Assembly: GCA_963663225.1 (NCBI GenBank) | Contig: OY760142.1 | Location: forward strand, 2,336,001-2,400,000 | Length of the DNA stretch: 64,000 nt | Source of the DNA: Nitrospirota bacterium | GTDB taxonomy: Bacteria; Nitrospirota; UBA9217 | Direction: 5' to 3' | Notes under the pieces: generated by a model | What the model was told of the DNA's origin: nothing | Database searches by the model: none | The model's input: only the letters and a program-made list of their open reading frames with translations | In this document: in pieces, positions 41,562 through 52,013 of the stretch | Layout: the number at the start of each line of letters is the position of its first letter | Numbering within the stretch: the stretch's first letter is position 1 | Position numbers and translations under genes: made by a program

Positions 41562-42500
41562 ATGGTTTTTAATATACTGGTTACCGGTGGCGCCGGATAT
41601 CTTGGATCGATTCTCGTTCCCGAGTTACTTAAGAATGGACACACAGTAACGGTTTTAGACACGTTTATGTTTGGACAGAATTCACTCCTTGAATGCTGTA
41701 CAAACATAAATTTTGACGTTATGCGGGGTGACGCGCGGGATGAAGAATTGTTAAAATCACTCCTCTGGAATAAAGACTTTATAATTCCCTTGGCAGCTTT
41801 GGTTGGCGCGCCACTATGTGCAAGAGATAAAATAGGGACAATTACAACAAATAAGGACGCAATAGCTTCCTTGGTCAAGCTTGCCTCGAAGGAACAAAGA
41901 ATACTCATGCCGGTAACCAACAGCGGCTATGGTATTGGTCAGAAAGGTGTATACTGTACTGAAGAAACACCCCTCAATCCGATATCCCTCTATGGGAAAA
42001 CGAAGGTCGAAGCAGAAAAAATTATACTCGACAGAGGCAACGCCATAAGCTTCCGGCTTGCTACCGTTTTTGGGATGGCACCGCGTATGAGAATGGACCT
42101 GCTCGTCAATGATTTCACCTATCGGGCGGTTAAGGATCGCTTTGTCGTTGTTTTTGAAGGTCACTTCAAACGAAACTACATCCATACTCGTGATGTATCC
42201 AGAGCTTTTCTCCATGCCATCGATAATTTTGACCGCATGAAAAATGAACCGTATAATGTTGGATTATCAAATGCAAATGTTTCGAAATTAGAACTGTGCG
42301 CCAAGATCAAAGAACAAGTTCAGGATTTCGTGTATTTGGAAGCTCCTATCGGTGAAGACCCGGATAAAAGAGATTACATCGTATCCAATGAAAAAATTGA
42401 AAAAACCGGATTTCAGCCACAGCATTCTCTTGAAATGGGAATTAAGGAACTCATAAAAGGCTATCGGATTCTTACAAACAGCAAATACAGCAATGTTTAA
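41562..42500 (+). CDS. SDR; GDP-heptose C4-dehydrogenase (Campylobacter Cj1427/WcaG-like)
   Basis: GGAGYLGS; IIPLAALVGAPLC; TNSGYG; RLATVFG..PRMR.DLLVNDF; GEDPDKRDY, blocks recalled from Cj1427. Confidence 0.8.
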   Translation: MVFNILVTGGAGYLGSILVPELLKNGHTVTVLDTFMFGQNSLLECCTNINFDVMRGDARDEELLKSLLWNKDFIIPLAALVGAPLCARDKIGTITTNKDAIASLVKLASKEQRILMPVTNSGYGIGQKGVYCTEETPLNPISLYGKTKVEAEKIILDRGNAISFRLATVFGMAPRMRMDLLVNDFTYRAVKDRFVVVFEGHFKRNYIHTRDVSRAFLHAIDNFDRMKNEPYNVGLSNANVSKLELCAKIKEQVQDFVYLEAPIGEDPDKRDYIVSNEKIEKTGFQPQHSLEMGIKELIKGYRILTNSKYSNV

Positions 42501-43455
42501 AGACGCAAAAATATATGTTGCAGGACATACGGGCCTTCTCGGTTCGTCACTCATCAAAAAATTGACTGCTTCGGGATATCGTAATGTTATTATAAGGAGT
42601 CATGAAGAGGCTGATCTGACTAATTGGAGTGCAGTAGATACTCTGTTTAGGCAAGAAGAGCCTGAATATGTTTTTCTCTGCGCCGGATTAACCGGCGGAA
42701 TTTATGCCAATAAGACCTATCCTGCAACGTTTTTGAGAACTAATATTGCAATTCAAAACAACGTATTCGAAGCTGCTCAACGGTACAAGATAAGACACCT
42801 TGTTTTTTATGGTTCTTCCTGTGTATATCCTAAGAATAGTCAACAGCCTATAAAAGAAAGTTATCTTTTTCAAGGTGAAATTGAATCAACCAGTGAGGCT
42901 TATGCGATTGCAAAAACGGCAGGCATAATCGGCTGCCGGTCCTTTAATAGTCAATACAAAACAAATCGCTTCATTGCGTTGTTGCCGAATTCAATGTACG
43001 GGCCATGCGATAATTTTGATGTTAATAATTCCCATGTACTATCTGCATTGATCAGACGAATTCATGATGCCCATCAGGCCGGTGATGTCGCAATAACTCT
43101 CTGGGGCAGCGGCTCTCCTCGGCGTGAGTTTATTTTTAACGAGGATGTTGCAGATGCTTCGATTTTCGCAATGCAGAATGCGTCTAAACTGCAGAATAGC
43201 CACTATAATGTCGGAACCGGCACAGACTATTCAATTCGCGAATTAGCAGAAATAATTGCCGCTATCATTGGTTTTAAAGGAACAATTACCTGGGACGTAA
43301 GTAAGCCAGACGGAACAATGCGCAAACTTTTAGACAGCTCAAGATTTTTAGAACTTGGCTGGAGGCCGAACGTTGCATTAAAAGAGGGCTTGAAACTTAC
43401 ATATCAATGGTACCTAAAAAATCAACCTTGCAATAAAAGGATGTTCTATGAATAA
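42493..43455 (+). CDS. GDP-L-fucose-synthase-family epimerase/reductase (Fcl/ColC-like)
   Basis: AGHTGLLGS; GSSCVYPK; YAIAK; SHVL.AL; WGSG.P.REF; KPDG. Confidence 0.88.
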   Translation: MFKDAKIYVAGHTGLLGSSLIKKLTASGYRNVIIRSHEEADLTNWSAVDTLFRQEEPEYVFLCAGLTGGIYANKTYPATFLRTNIAIQNNVFEAAQRYKIRHLVFYGSSCVYPKNSQQPIKESYLFQGEIESTSEAYAIAKTAGIIGCRSFNSQYKTNRFIALLPNSMYGPCDNFDVNNSHVLSALIRRIHDAHQAGDVAITLWGSGSPRREFIFNEDVADASIFAMQNASKLQNSHYNVGTGTDYSIRELAEIIAAIIGFKGTITWDVSKPDGTMRKLLDSSRFLELGWRPNVALKEGLKLTYQWYLKNQPCNKRMFYE

Positions 43456-44275
43456 GCAGTTATTTAATCTCCATGCAATGAATGAAAAAGCACGGTGGGT
43501 CCGGACAGAGACCTTGAATATTCATAGAATTGCTCAGGAAGCTCGAATTGCCTCATCATTATCTTCCGTAGAAATTTTCGTTGCGCTGTATTATGGCGAT
43601 ATTCTTCAATTCGATTCTCGCAATCCGCGATGGGAGTTTCGAGACCGATTTGTTATCAGCAAAGGACACGGTTCAATCTCCTTGTATCCTATTCTGGCTG
43701 ATTTAGGATATTTTGACAAGCAAGAACTGCAGCGGGTATGCAAAGAAGGCACTTTTTTAGGGGGTATTCCTGATCCTATAATTCCGGGATATGAAAGCGT
43801 CAATGGTTCCTTGGGGCACGGACTTGGAGTCGCGTGCGGCATGGCATTAGGACTTAAGGCTAAGAGCAAAAATGAATCAGTATTTGTTCTTGTCGGTGAT
43901 GGGGAACTGAATGAAGGATCAATGTGGGAAGCTGTTATGCTGGCCCATGCACAGCGTCTAGACAACTTGATTGTGATTGTCGATAACAACAAAATCAGCA
44001 TGCTTGATTATTGCGAAAAAATTCTCGATCTTGAACCACTCGGAGAAAAATTCAACGCTTTTAAGTGGCACGTACAGACGGTTGACGGGCATGATCTGGA
44101 GCAGCTTTACAGCGCACTGAAAAAGTTGAAAGCTAAAAAAGACGGCAAGCCAAAAGTTCTCATTGCAAATACCGTTAAGGGAAAGGGAGTCCGGAGTCTG
44201 GAAAACGACTCTCTCTGCCACGTAAAAAATGTTTCCCCGGATATCATAGATGCCGCAATTAAGGAACTGCAATGA
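43448..44275 (+). CDS. Transketolase-like ThDP enzyme, N-terminal subunit (atypical active site)
   Basis: SKGH; GSLGHG; GDGELNEG...N ThDP motif; DGHD; TVKGKG. Confidence 0.88.
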   Translation: MNKQLFNLHAMNEKARWVRTETLNIHRIAQEARIASSLSSVEIFVALYYGDILQFDSRNPRWEFRDRFVISKGHGSISLYPILADLGYFDKQELQRVCKEGTFLGGIPDPIIPGYESVNGSLGHGLGVACGMALGLKAKSKNESVFVLVGDGELNEGSMWEAVMLAHAQRLDNLIVIVDNNKISMLDYCEKILDLEPLGEKFNAFKWHVQTVDGHDLEQLYSALKKLKAKKDGKPKVLIANTVKGKGVRSLENDSLCHVKNVSPDIIDAAIKELQ

Positions 44276-45237
44276 ACTCAACAAAAAAAACCATGAGGGA
44301 CGTTTTTATCGAAGGCATTTATAATCGAATGCAGCATGATAGAACGCTCTTTTTCCTCACCGCTGATTTTGGATCGCCTAAGTTGGACAAAATACGAGCA
44401 GACTATCCCGATCGATTTCTTAATGTTGGAATTGCTGAGCAAAATTTGATCAATGTCGCCGCGGGATTGGCATTGGAAGGTTTTACCGTCTATGCATACG
44501 CTATAGCACCCTTTTTAATAATGAGAGCTTATGAACAGATTCGAAATAATCTGTCGCTTCTCTCCCATACGCATCAGGTAAATGTGAATTTGTTCGGTGT
44601 CGGCGGCGGACTCAGCTATGATGTGTCCGGCCCAACACATCACTGCTTGGAAGATATCAGCATAATGCGCACTCTACCGAATATTACCATTTTTTCACCG
44701 AGCGATTGGGTGCTTGCAGAACAGTTCATAGATTTTTCTATTGATACAAAAACCCCCAAATACATGCGTTTTGATGGAAAACCTTCGGTCAATATTTATG
44801 ATCCTCAGAAGAAAATTGATTTAAAAGCCGGCTTTATTGAACTTGTTCAAGGAGAAAATATTTGCATCGTCTCGACAGGTTTTATGACGCGTACCGCATT
44901 GAAAGCTATTGAAACACTTGTTGAAGAAAACATCAACCCTGGTCTTATAGACGTTTTTCTCGTGAAACCACTATCCGCAGATATCCTTTACAATTGCATA
45001 AAAAAGTATAAATATGTTGTTACGATAGAGGAAGGCTTTACCAATAAAGCAGGCCTTGATTCGATAATTGCCAATATACTGTGTGCGCAAAAATCAGATA
45101 TCGTGCTGGAAAAAATGGGATTCGGAGATGCCTACGTTTTTGATATCGGCAGCAGGGAATACTTACACGCTTTGTATGGGTTAGATGAAAAGGGGATTGC
45201 GAAAAAAATTATAAAAATCCAGAATGCGTCCGTATGA
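44272..45237 (+). CDS. Transketolase-like ThDP enzyme, C-terminal subunit
   Basis: NVGIAEQN; RAYEQIR; GPTHH..ED; coupled by ATGA overlap. Confidence 0.88.
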   Translation: MNSTKKTMRDVFIEGIYNRMQHDRTLFFLTADFGSPKLDKIRADYPDRFLNVGIAEQNLINVAAGLALEGFTVYAYAIAPFLIMRAYEQIRNNLSLLSHTHQVNVNLFGVGGGLSYDVSGPTHHCLEDISIMRTLPNITIFSPSDWVLAEQFIDFSIDTKTPKYMRFDGKPSVNIYDPQKKIDLKAGFIELVQGENICIVSTGFMTRTALKAIETLVEENINPGLIDVFLVKPLSADILYNCIKKYKYVVTIEEGFTNKAGLDSIIANILCAQKSDIVLEKMGFGDAYVFDIGSREYLHALYGLDEKGIAKKIIKIQNASV

Positions 45238-45241
45238 TGCC

Positions 45242-46216
45242 ATGGTCAAAAAAAAAATTATTGCTATTGTAACAGGAATTATAATAAGTCTTGCACTTTT
45301 AACCGGAGCCTTTTTTAATACAAATTTTTACAATTTTATTGCTTCATTAAAAAAAACCGAACCTCACGTTCTTTTTTTGTGTATTTTTTTTATTTTTTTA
45401 TCATATTGTACCAGGGCCCTGATGTGGCGTATTACCACAACTCGGTTCCACGACAAAACTATACGTTTTTCCACGCTGTTCGGTGGAATCGCCGTCGGAT
45501 ATATGGTAAATGGTATTTTGCCGTTTCGTGCGGGTGAATTTTTCAGAGCTCAGTTTTTGGCGTCAATGACGGGGCTGGGCCGAACGTTTGCTTTATCAAC
45601 AATTTTTATAGAACGCATCCTGGATATGATTACCTTGAGTTGCCTCTTAATTATCGGCATTTTTTGGGGCATCCAAGGATTAACCTCCCAAACTGTAAAA
45701 GTTATATTGCTGATTTGCCTGTTTATCATCTTGGTAGCGATACTCCTGATAAAATACTCTGATAACCTCGAAAAAATGAAACATAAGCTTGCCCGTTTTT
45801 CGCCTAGGTTACCCGAAATTCTTGCTCATTTCCTTTTACCGTTTCAAAAATTACGTGAAATAAAAAAAATAGTATCACTCTTCTTGCTCAGCCTTATATC
45901 CTGGATGTGTATTTATTTGTCTCTCTTGATGCTTGTTTATTCATCAGTCCCCATAGAAACATATAAAGCCGCACTTTTACTCTTCTTATTTGTAAATATT
46001 GGCATGCTTATACCCGCAGCTCCCAGTGCACTCGGTGTTCTTCAAATGGCTTTTTGGCTATCCCTCGCGCAGTTCAATGTTTCGAAAGAAGAAGCGCTGG
46101 CCCTCTCATTTGTATTTTTGTTTGTGTCATTCTTTTTTAATGCAAGCCTCGGGCTTCCCTATTTTGTTAAAGCGCATTTATGGTCGCAAAGAAAAGACAT
46201 TCAGGATAATCGATGA
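45242..46216 (+). CDS. Flippase-like membrane protein (UPF0104/LPG-synthase TM family)
   Basis: RA..W; N.ILPFRAGE..R; ERILD; P.AP..LG; about 8 TMs. Confidence 0.85.
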   Translation: MVKKKIIAIVTGIIISLALLTGAFFNTNFYNFIASLKKTEPHVLFLCIFFIFLSYCTRALMWRITTTRFHDKTIRFSTLFGGIAVGYMVNGILPFRAGEFFRAQFLASMTGLGRTFALSTIFIERILDMITLSCLLIIGIFWGIQGLTSQTVKVILLICLFIILVAILLIKYSDNLEKMKHKLARFSPRLPEILAHFLLPFQKLREIKKIVSLFLLSLISWMCIYLSLLMLVYSSVPIETYKAALLLFLFVNIGMLIPAAPSALGVLQMAFWLSLAQFNVSKEEALALSFVFLFVSFFFNASLGLPYFVKAHLWSQRKDIQDNR

Positions 46217-46384
46217 TTGTATAAACACCTGAAAAGCACACTTTTTTAGTATTATGACGCTCGGGTATTTATACCGAACCTCTCTTTTTATCTTTTCGTT
46301 CTTTTCTGAAAAAATCATTTATACATAGTCTTTTAATCAACGAAACTGTTAAAGCAGAAGAAAGTATGTTTTCGTTGTAAATGT

Positions 46385-46417
46385 TTGTTAACTTTGTAGC
46401 TTGAAATTGGTTGACAA
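46385..46417. promoter_or_regulatory. BirA operator overlapping the bioB -35 element
   Basis: TTGTTAACT-N15-GGTTGACAA matches the BirA palindrome TTGTwAACC-N14-16-GGTTwACAA; the right arm contains TTGACA (46411-46416). Confidence 0.8.
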
Positions 46418-46454
46418 TGCATTGCATATGCTGTACAACTCTTCAGGGAGACTC

Positions 46455-47432
46455 ATGATAATGAAATCATCAATATTGAAGGTTCTTGAAAATGTCTTGC
46501 GCAATATAGCAATAGATTATTCAACCGCAACAGCTCTTTCAAAAATATCAGGTACCGACCTTTGGGACTTGCTTGCCGCTTCCACCAGAATACGTGAACG
46601 TTTTCGAGGAAACAGCGTTGATCTCTGCTCCATTGTGAACGCAAAGTCCGGAGAATGCAGCGAGAATTGCGCCTACTGCGCCCAGTCTGTGCATCATAAG
46701 ACAGGAGCACCGATATTCCCCTTGATCTCTGTTGACCGGATGATAGAAGCCGCCAAAAGCGCCAAAGAAAACGGCGCCAAACGATTCTGTATAGTGACGA
46801 GCGGCCGCGGAATTGACACCCATGGAGATCTTGAGAATATCGCAAAAGGAATACGATTTGTGAAAAGCCTTGGATTGTCCCCCTGCGCAACACTCGGGAC
46901 GCTTGTAAAAGATCAACTTGCTTATCTGCAAGACGCTGGTCTTCACCGGTATCATCATAACATCGAAACATCGCGGGAGTATTTCTCCCGTATCTGTACA
47001 ACTCATTCTTTTGATGAACGGCTTGAAGTTTTGAATTATGCGCAGTCAATTGGTCTTTCAACCTGCAGCGGAGGCATCCTGGGCATGGGCGAGAACATGG
47101 ACGACCGGATAAAAATGGCCTTCACCCTGCGGGATCTTGACGTGGATTCCGTGCCGATCAACTTTCTGATGCCGATTGCGGGCACGCCTCTTGAACATCA
47201 AGTCCCTATTCCTGCGCTTGAAGCCCTCCATTCCATTGCATTATTTCGATTTATTTTGCCTGACAAGGAAATACGGATATGTGGAGGCAGAGGCAGCGCG
47301 CTCGGCCAGCTCCATCCATTGATTCTGGCGGCAGGAGCCGACGGCTTTATGATCGGAAATTATCTGACGACTTCCGGTCTGGATCCCAAAGAAGACATTA
47401 AAATGATACATGATCTCGGACTTGCAGTTTAA
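46455..47432 (+). CDS. bioB: Biotin synthase
   Basis: CSENCAYCAQS; YHHNIET; CSGGILGMGE; SVPINFL; GNYLTT; start may be 46461. Confidence 0.96.
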   Translation: MIMKSSILKVLENVLRNIAIDYSTATALSKISGTDLWDLLAASTRIRERFRGNSVDLCSIVNAKSGECSENCAYCAQSVHHKTGAPIFPLISVDRMIEAAKSAKENGAKRFCIVTSGRGIDTHGDLENIAKGIRFVKSLGLSPCATLGTLVKDQLAYLQDAGLHRYHHNIETSREYFSRICTTHSFDERLEVLNYAQSIGLSTCSGGILGMGENMDDRIKMAFTLRDLDVDSVPINFLMPIAGTPLEHQVPIPALEALHSIALFRFILPDKEIRICGGRGSALGQLHPLILAAGADGFMIGNYLTTSGLDPKEDIKMIHDLGLAV

Positions 47433-47436
47433 ATCA

Positions 47437-48285
47437 ATGCGCCAGGCTAATCTCTACAGCCTCCGCATGCACGCCAATGCTGCCGGCAAGCATATTTCAG
47501 GCGCCGAGCGGATATGCACTCTTGATAAAATGAATTCCGTAGTTCAGGATCTTGTCGCTCGAGCAAAAAACAGAACGAAGACACCTGATGAAATCGTCAT
47601 CCATATAGAACATCTCAAGGATGTGCTGTTGCGAACGCTTGCATCGCTGGACGTCATAACGATAGACGCACTGGATATGACTGAGGGGCGAAATGCAGCA
47701 GTCCATCTTTTGAAAGTTCTCGGCATCTCCTCTTCTGCGGCTGAGTCAGGAATACGATGGCTGAGCTGTGGCGCGTCGCCGTCAGGCGATAATATGCGCG
47801 GTGCAATCATCATGGATGCCGAGACCGGAGAAAGGCTTGAGCCGGACCAGGAGCGTGGAGTCCGAGCTACCCGCTTTGACTGGAGCGAAGATGCTTTAAA
47901 AAGGATCATGTTTAAACTCGCGGAGATCGGATTAACTCATCACCGAACACGTGAAGCTCTTGCGCTTGCTACGAAAGTGGCGCATGCTCCCGGCATGATT
48001 GCAGAGCTGTGCTGGTCTGATGAGCCTGACTACACTGCCGGTTATGTTGCTTCCCGGAAAACAGGATATGTTCGTTTTCCTGTTCTAAAACAGACTGGTG
48101 ACCATCTCGGCGGCAGAGTTTTCTTCATGGATTCCCGCACATTGGACGGAGGTGCACTGATCTTTTATCTTCAGAATGAACCGGTTCTGATCAATGCGAC
48201 CGGCAACTGCCGTCCTGCCGTGAAACCGGAAGCCTACTTTGCATCTGAAATTTTTTCTAAAACGATGAACCAGCGCACGGATTAA
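47437..48285 (+). CDS. bioW: Pimeloyl-CoA synthetase
   Basis: YSLRMHA; HISGAER; RGVRA; EALALATKV; ELCWSDEPDY.AGY. Confidence 0.92.
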   Translation: MRQANLYSLRMHANAAGKHISGAERICTLDKMNSVVQDLVARAKNRTKTPDEIVIHIEHLKDVLLRTLASLDVITIDALDMTEGRNAAVHLLKVLGISSSAAESGIRWLSCGASPSGDNMRGAIIMDAETGERLEPDQERGVRATRFDWSEDALKRIMFKLAEIGLTHHRTREALALATKVAHAPGMIAELCWSDEPDYTAGYVASRKTGYVRFPVLKQTGDHLGGRVFFMDSRTLDGGALIFYLQNEPVLINATGNCRPAVKPEAYFASEIFSKTMNQRTD

Positions 48286-48288
48286 ACA

Positions 48289-49446
48289 ATGTTTGAAACC
48301 GAACTATTCCAACTTGAACAAAACCATTTGTTGCGCAGCCTTACTCCCATCGAATCTTGCCCGGGGCCACATGTTACCATCAACGGCAAAGATACCCTCC
48401 TTTTGTGCTCCAATGATTATCTCGGTCTTGCTGCACATCCTGCTCTTTGCAAAGCTGCATCAGAGGCTATCAAGCAGTATGGCTTCGGTTCCGGCTCCTC
48501 GCGTCTGGTATCGGGCAGTAGTATTCTGCATCATGAACTTGAGCACAGGCTCGCCCGTTTCAAAGGTACTGATGCGGCGCTTGTTTTTAACTCCGGTTAT
48601 GCCGCAAATACCGGCATCATTCAGGCTATCGCTCAGGATGACGATATTATTTTAAGTGACAGTTTGAACCATGCAAGCATCGTTGACGGCTGCAGACTCA
48701 GCAGGGCCCAAGTGCTCATTTACCGGCACAATGACGTAAATCATGCAGAGGAACTTTTTCGGAAACACCATGCTTCAGGACGAAGATTGATCGTTACTGA
48801 CGGTGTTTTCAGCATGGACGGAGATATTGCACCCTTGCCTGATCTGGTACACCTTGCCGAAAGATACAACGCACTTCTTATGGTTGACGACGCACACGCG
48901 ACAGGAGTTCTCGGCAAAACTGGAAGAGGGTCTGTGGAGCACTTTAATCTTGCCGGGCGTGTGCATATTCAGATGGGGACGCTGAGCAAAGCTCTTGGGT
49001 CTTTTGGAGCGTACGTTGCCGGAAACTGCGATTTAATCGAGTTTCTCATAAATCGTGCACGGAGTTTTATTTACAGCACGGCACTGCCGCCGGCGGTATG
49101 TGCCGCATCGACAGCAGCGCTTGATCTCATTGAATGCGAAAGTATTCATCGCGAACGGTTATGGAAGAATCGCAATAAATTTATTGCAGGTTTGCGCGAA
49201 CTTGGGATTGATACGGGCATGTCGGAGACTCCGATCATTCCTTTGATAATCGGTGATTCGGCAAAAACGGCCGAGGCTGCAAAAAAACTTTTTGAATATG
49301 GTGTGTACGCGTCCGCAATCAGGCCGCCGACAGTGCCCGACGGAACGGCACGCATCAGAACCACACTGATGGCTTCACATTCCGATCAGGACATCGATAT
49401 GGCAGTAGACCAGGTGCGCAGGCTGAAGCAAGAAGGGCATTTATAA
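48289..49446 (+). CDS. bioF: 8-amino-7-oxononanoate synthase
   Basis: SNDYLGL; NHASI.DG; FSMDGD; DDAH; TLSKA; IRPPTVP. Confidence 0.95.
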   Translation: MFETELFQLEQNHLLRSLTPIESCPGPHVTINGKDTLLLCSNDYLGLAAHPALCKAASEAIKQYGFGSGSSRLVSGSSILHHELEHRLARFKGTDAALVFNSGYAANTGIIQAIAQDDDIILSDSLNHASIVDGCRLSRAQVLIYRHNDVNHAEELFRKHHASGRRLIVTDGVFSMDGDIAPLPDLVHLAERYNALLMVDDAHATGVLGKTGRGSVEHFNLAGRVHIQMGTLSKALGSFGAYVAGNCDLIEFLINRARSFIYSTALPPAVCAASTAALDLIECESIHRERLWKNRNKFIAGLRELGIDTGMSETPIIPLIIGDSAKTAEAAKKLFEYGVYASAIRPPTVPDGTARIRTTLMASHSDQDIDMAVDQVRRLKQEGHL

Positions 49447-49447
49447 A

Positions 49448-50883
<1,436 letters not shown>

Positions 50884-50896
50884 TACAGGAGGTAAA

Positions 50897-50974
50897 ATGC
50901 CTGGAGCGTCGCCTGCACTTGTCGTATCTTTTCTTTTACACCATGTCCTTATCTTTATTTCTCACCGGAAATAG
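50897..50974 (+). CDS. Putative 25-aa small protein
   Basis: Perfect AGGAGGT SD 4 nt before ATG; MPGASPALVVSFLLHHVLIFISHRK*. Confidence 0.3.
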   Translation: MPGASPALVVSFLLHHVLIFISHRK

Positions 50975-51027
50975 ATTCGATTCCTAGTTTAAAACCAAAA
51001 TATAATGATTTGACTTTTATCTTTGGG

Positions 51028-51056
51028 TTGACAAAGCGAATGGAGGCTGTTATTAT
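51028..51056 (+). promoter_or_regulatory. Sigma70 promoter of the DUF62 gene
   Basis: TTGACA-17-TATTAT with TG extension. Confidence 0.65.
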
Positions 51057-51091
51057 TCTCCAGTTTTGCACGTGCTGTCTTTGAGGGAATT

Positions 51092-51895
51092 ATGTCCGCC
51101 ATTATAACGCTGACCAGTGATTTCGGTGCAAGAGATGCATTTGTTGCAAGTTTAAAAGGGGTCATCTTAAAAATCAACCCGTCAGCCCAGATGATCGACG
51201 TGTCGCACGAAATAGCGCCGCAGGACGTCTGGGAAGCCGCGTTCACGCTGAAGTCTGCTTACAATTATTTCCCGAAAGGTACCGTGCATCTTGCCGTTGT
51301 AGATCCGGGAGTGGGCAGCGTCAGACGACCTATTATAGTGGTGACGGAAAGTTATTATTTCGTCGGCCCAGACAATGGATTATTCACGTTGATTTATCAG
51401 GAAGCTGAAAGGGTCCGGGTCCACCATATTACCGCAACGCATTACTTCTTGCCCAATCCCAGCCAAACGTTTCACGGCAGGGATGTTTTTGCACCCGTTG
51501 CAGCATGGCTTTCCAAAGGAATACCCTCGGGTAATTTCGGCGAGGAAATCACGGATTACCTGAAGCTCAATGTTCCGTCTCCGAAAGTTTCACCCACCAG
51601 CATTGAAGGCCATGTGGTGCATATAGATCGGTTCGGCAATATGATCACGAATATTTCCCTTAAAAGCGTGCAGGCGCTTCTGGGCGAAGAAATGGATATT
51701 TCTTCTCTTGGTGTCACTGTTGTGGGACGGGAAATAAAGGGACTTAAAAAATTCTATGCCGAAAGTGCGCCGGGCGAGGCGTCCGCTCTTATCAACAGCT
51801 CGGGTTTTGTTGAGATATTCGTATTCAAGCAGAATGCCAGAGCCGTTCTTTCCAGTAAAAGAGGAGAAGTCGTCCGAGTAAGCGTGAATAAATAA
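51092..51895 (+). CDS. SAM hydroxide adenosyltransferase (DUF62; fluorinase/chlorinase superfamily)
   Basis: ITL.SDFG; VVDPGVGS.RR; GPDNG; TFHGRDVF; D.FGN.ITN; Asp-Arg-His residues present. Confidence 0.9.
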   Translation: MSAIITLTSDFGARDAFVASLKGVILKINPSAQMIDVSHEIAPQDVWEAAFTLKSAYNYFPKGTVHLAVVDPGVGSVRRPIIVVTESYYFVGPDNGLFTLIYQEAERVRVHHITATHYFLPNPSQTFHGRDVFAPVAAWLSKGIPSGNFGEEITDYLKLNVPSPKVSPTSIEGHVVHIDRFGNMITNISLKSVQALLGEEMDISSLGVTVVGREIKGLKKFYAESAPGEASALINSSGFVEIFVFKQNARAVLSSKRGEVVRVSVNK

Positions 51896-52013
51896 ATTCG
51901 ACACCGGATAAGACAGTATCTGCTTCCGCCTTCCCCGATTTCAGCCGCGTTTATTCCGCATCCTGCCTGAGATACTTGTTGTCTTGGCTTTCTGCGCGTA
52001 TTATAATAACTCC

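Noticed and set aside
51092-51895. Fluorinase/chlorinase halogenation system
   Set aside because: The DUF62 hydrolase Asp-Arg-His residues are present and there is no secondary-metabolite context.
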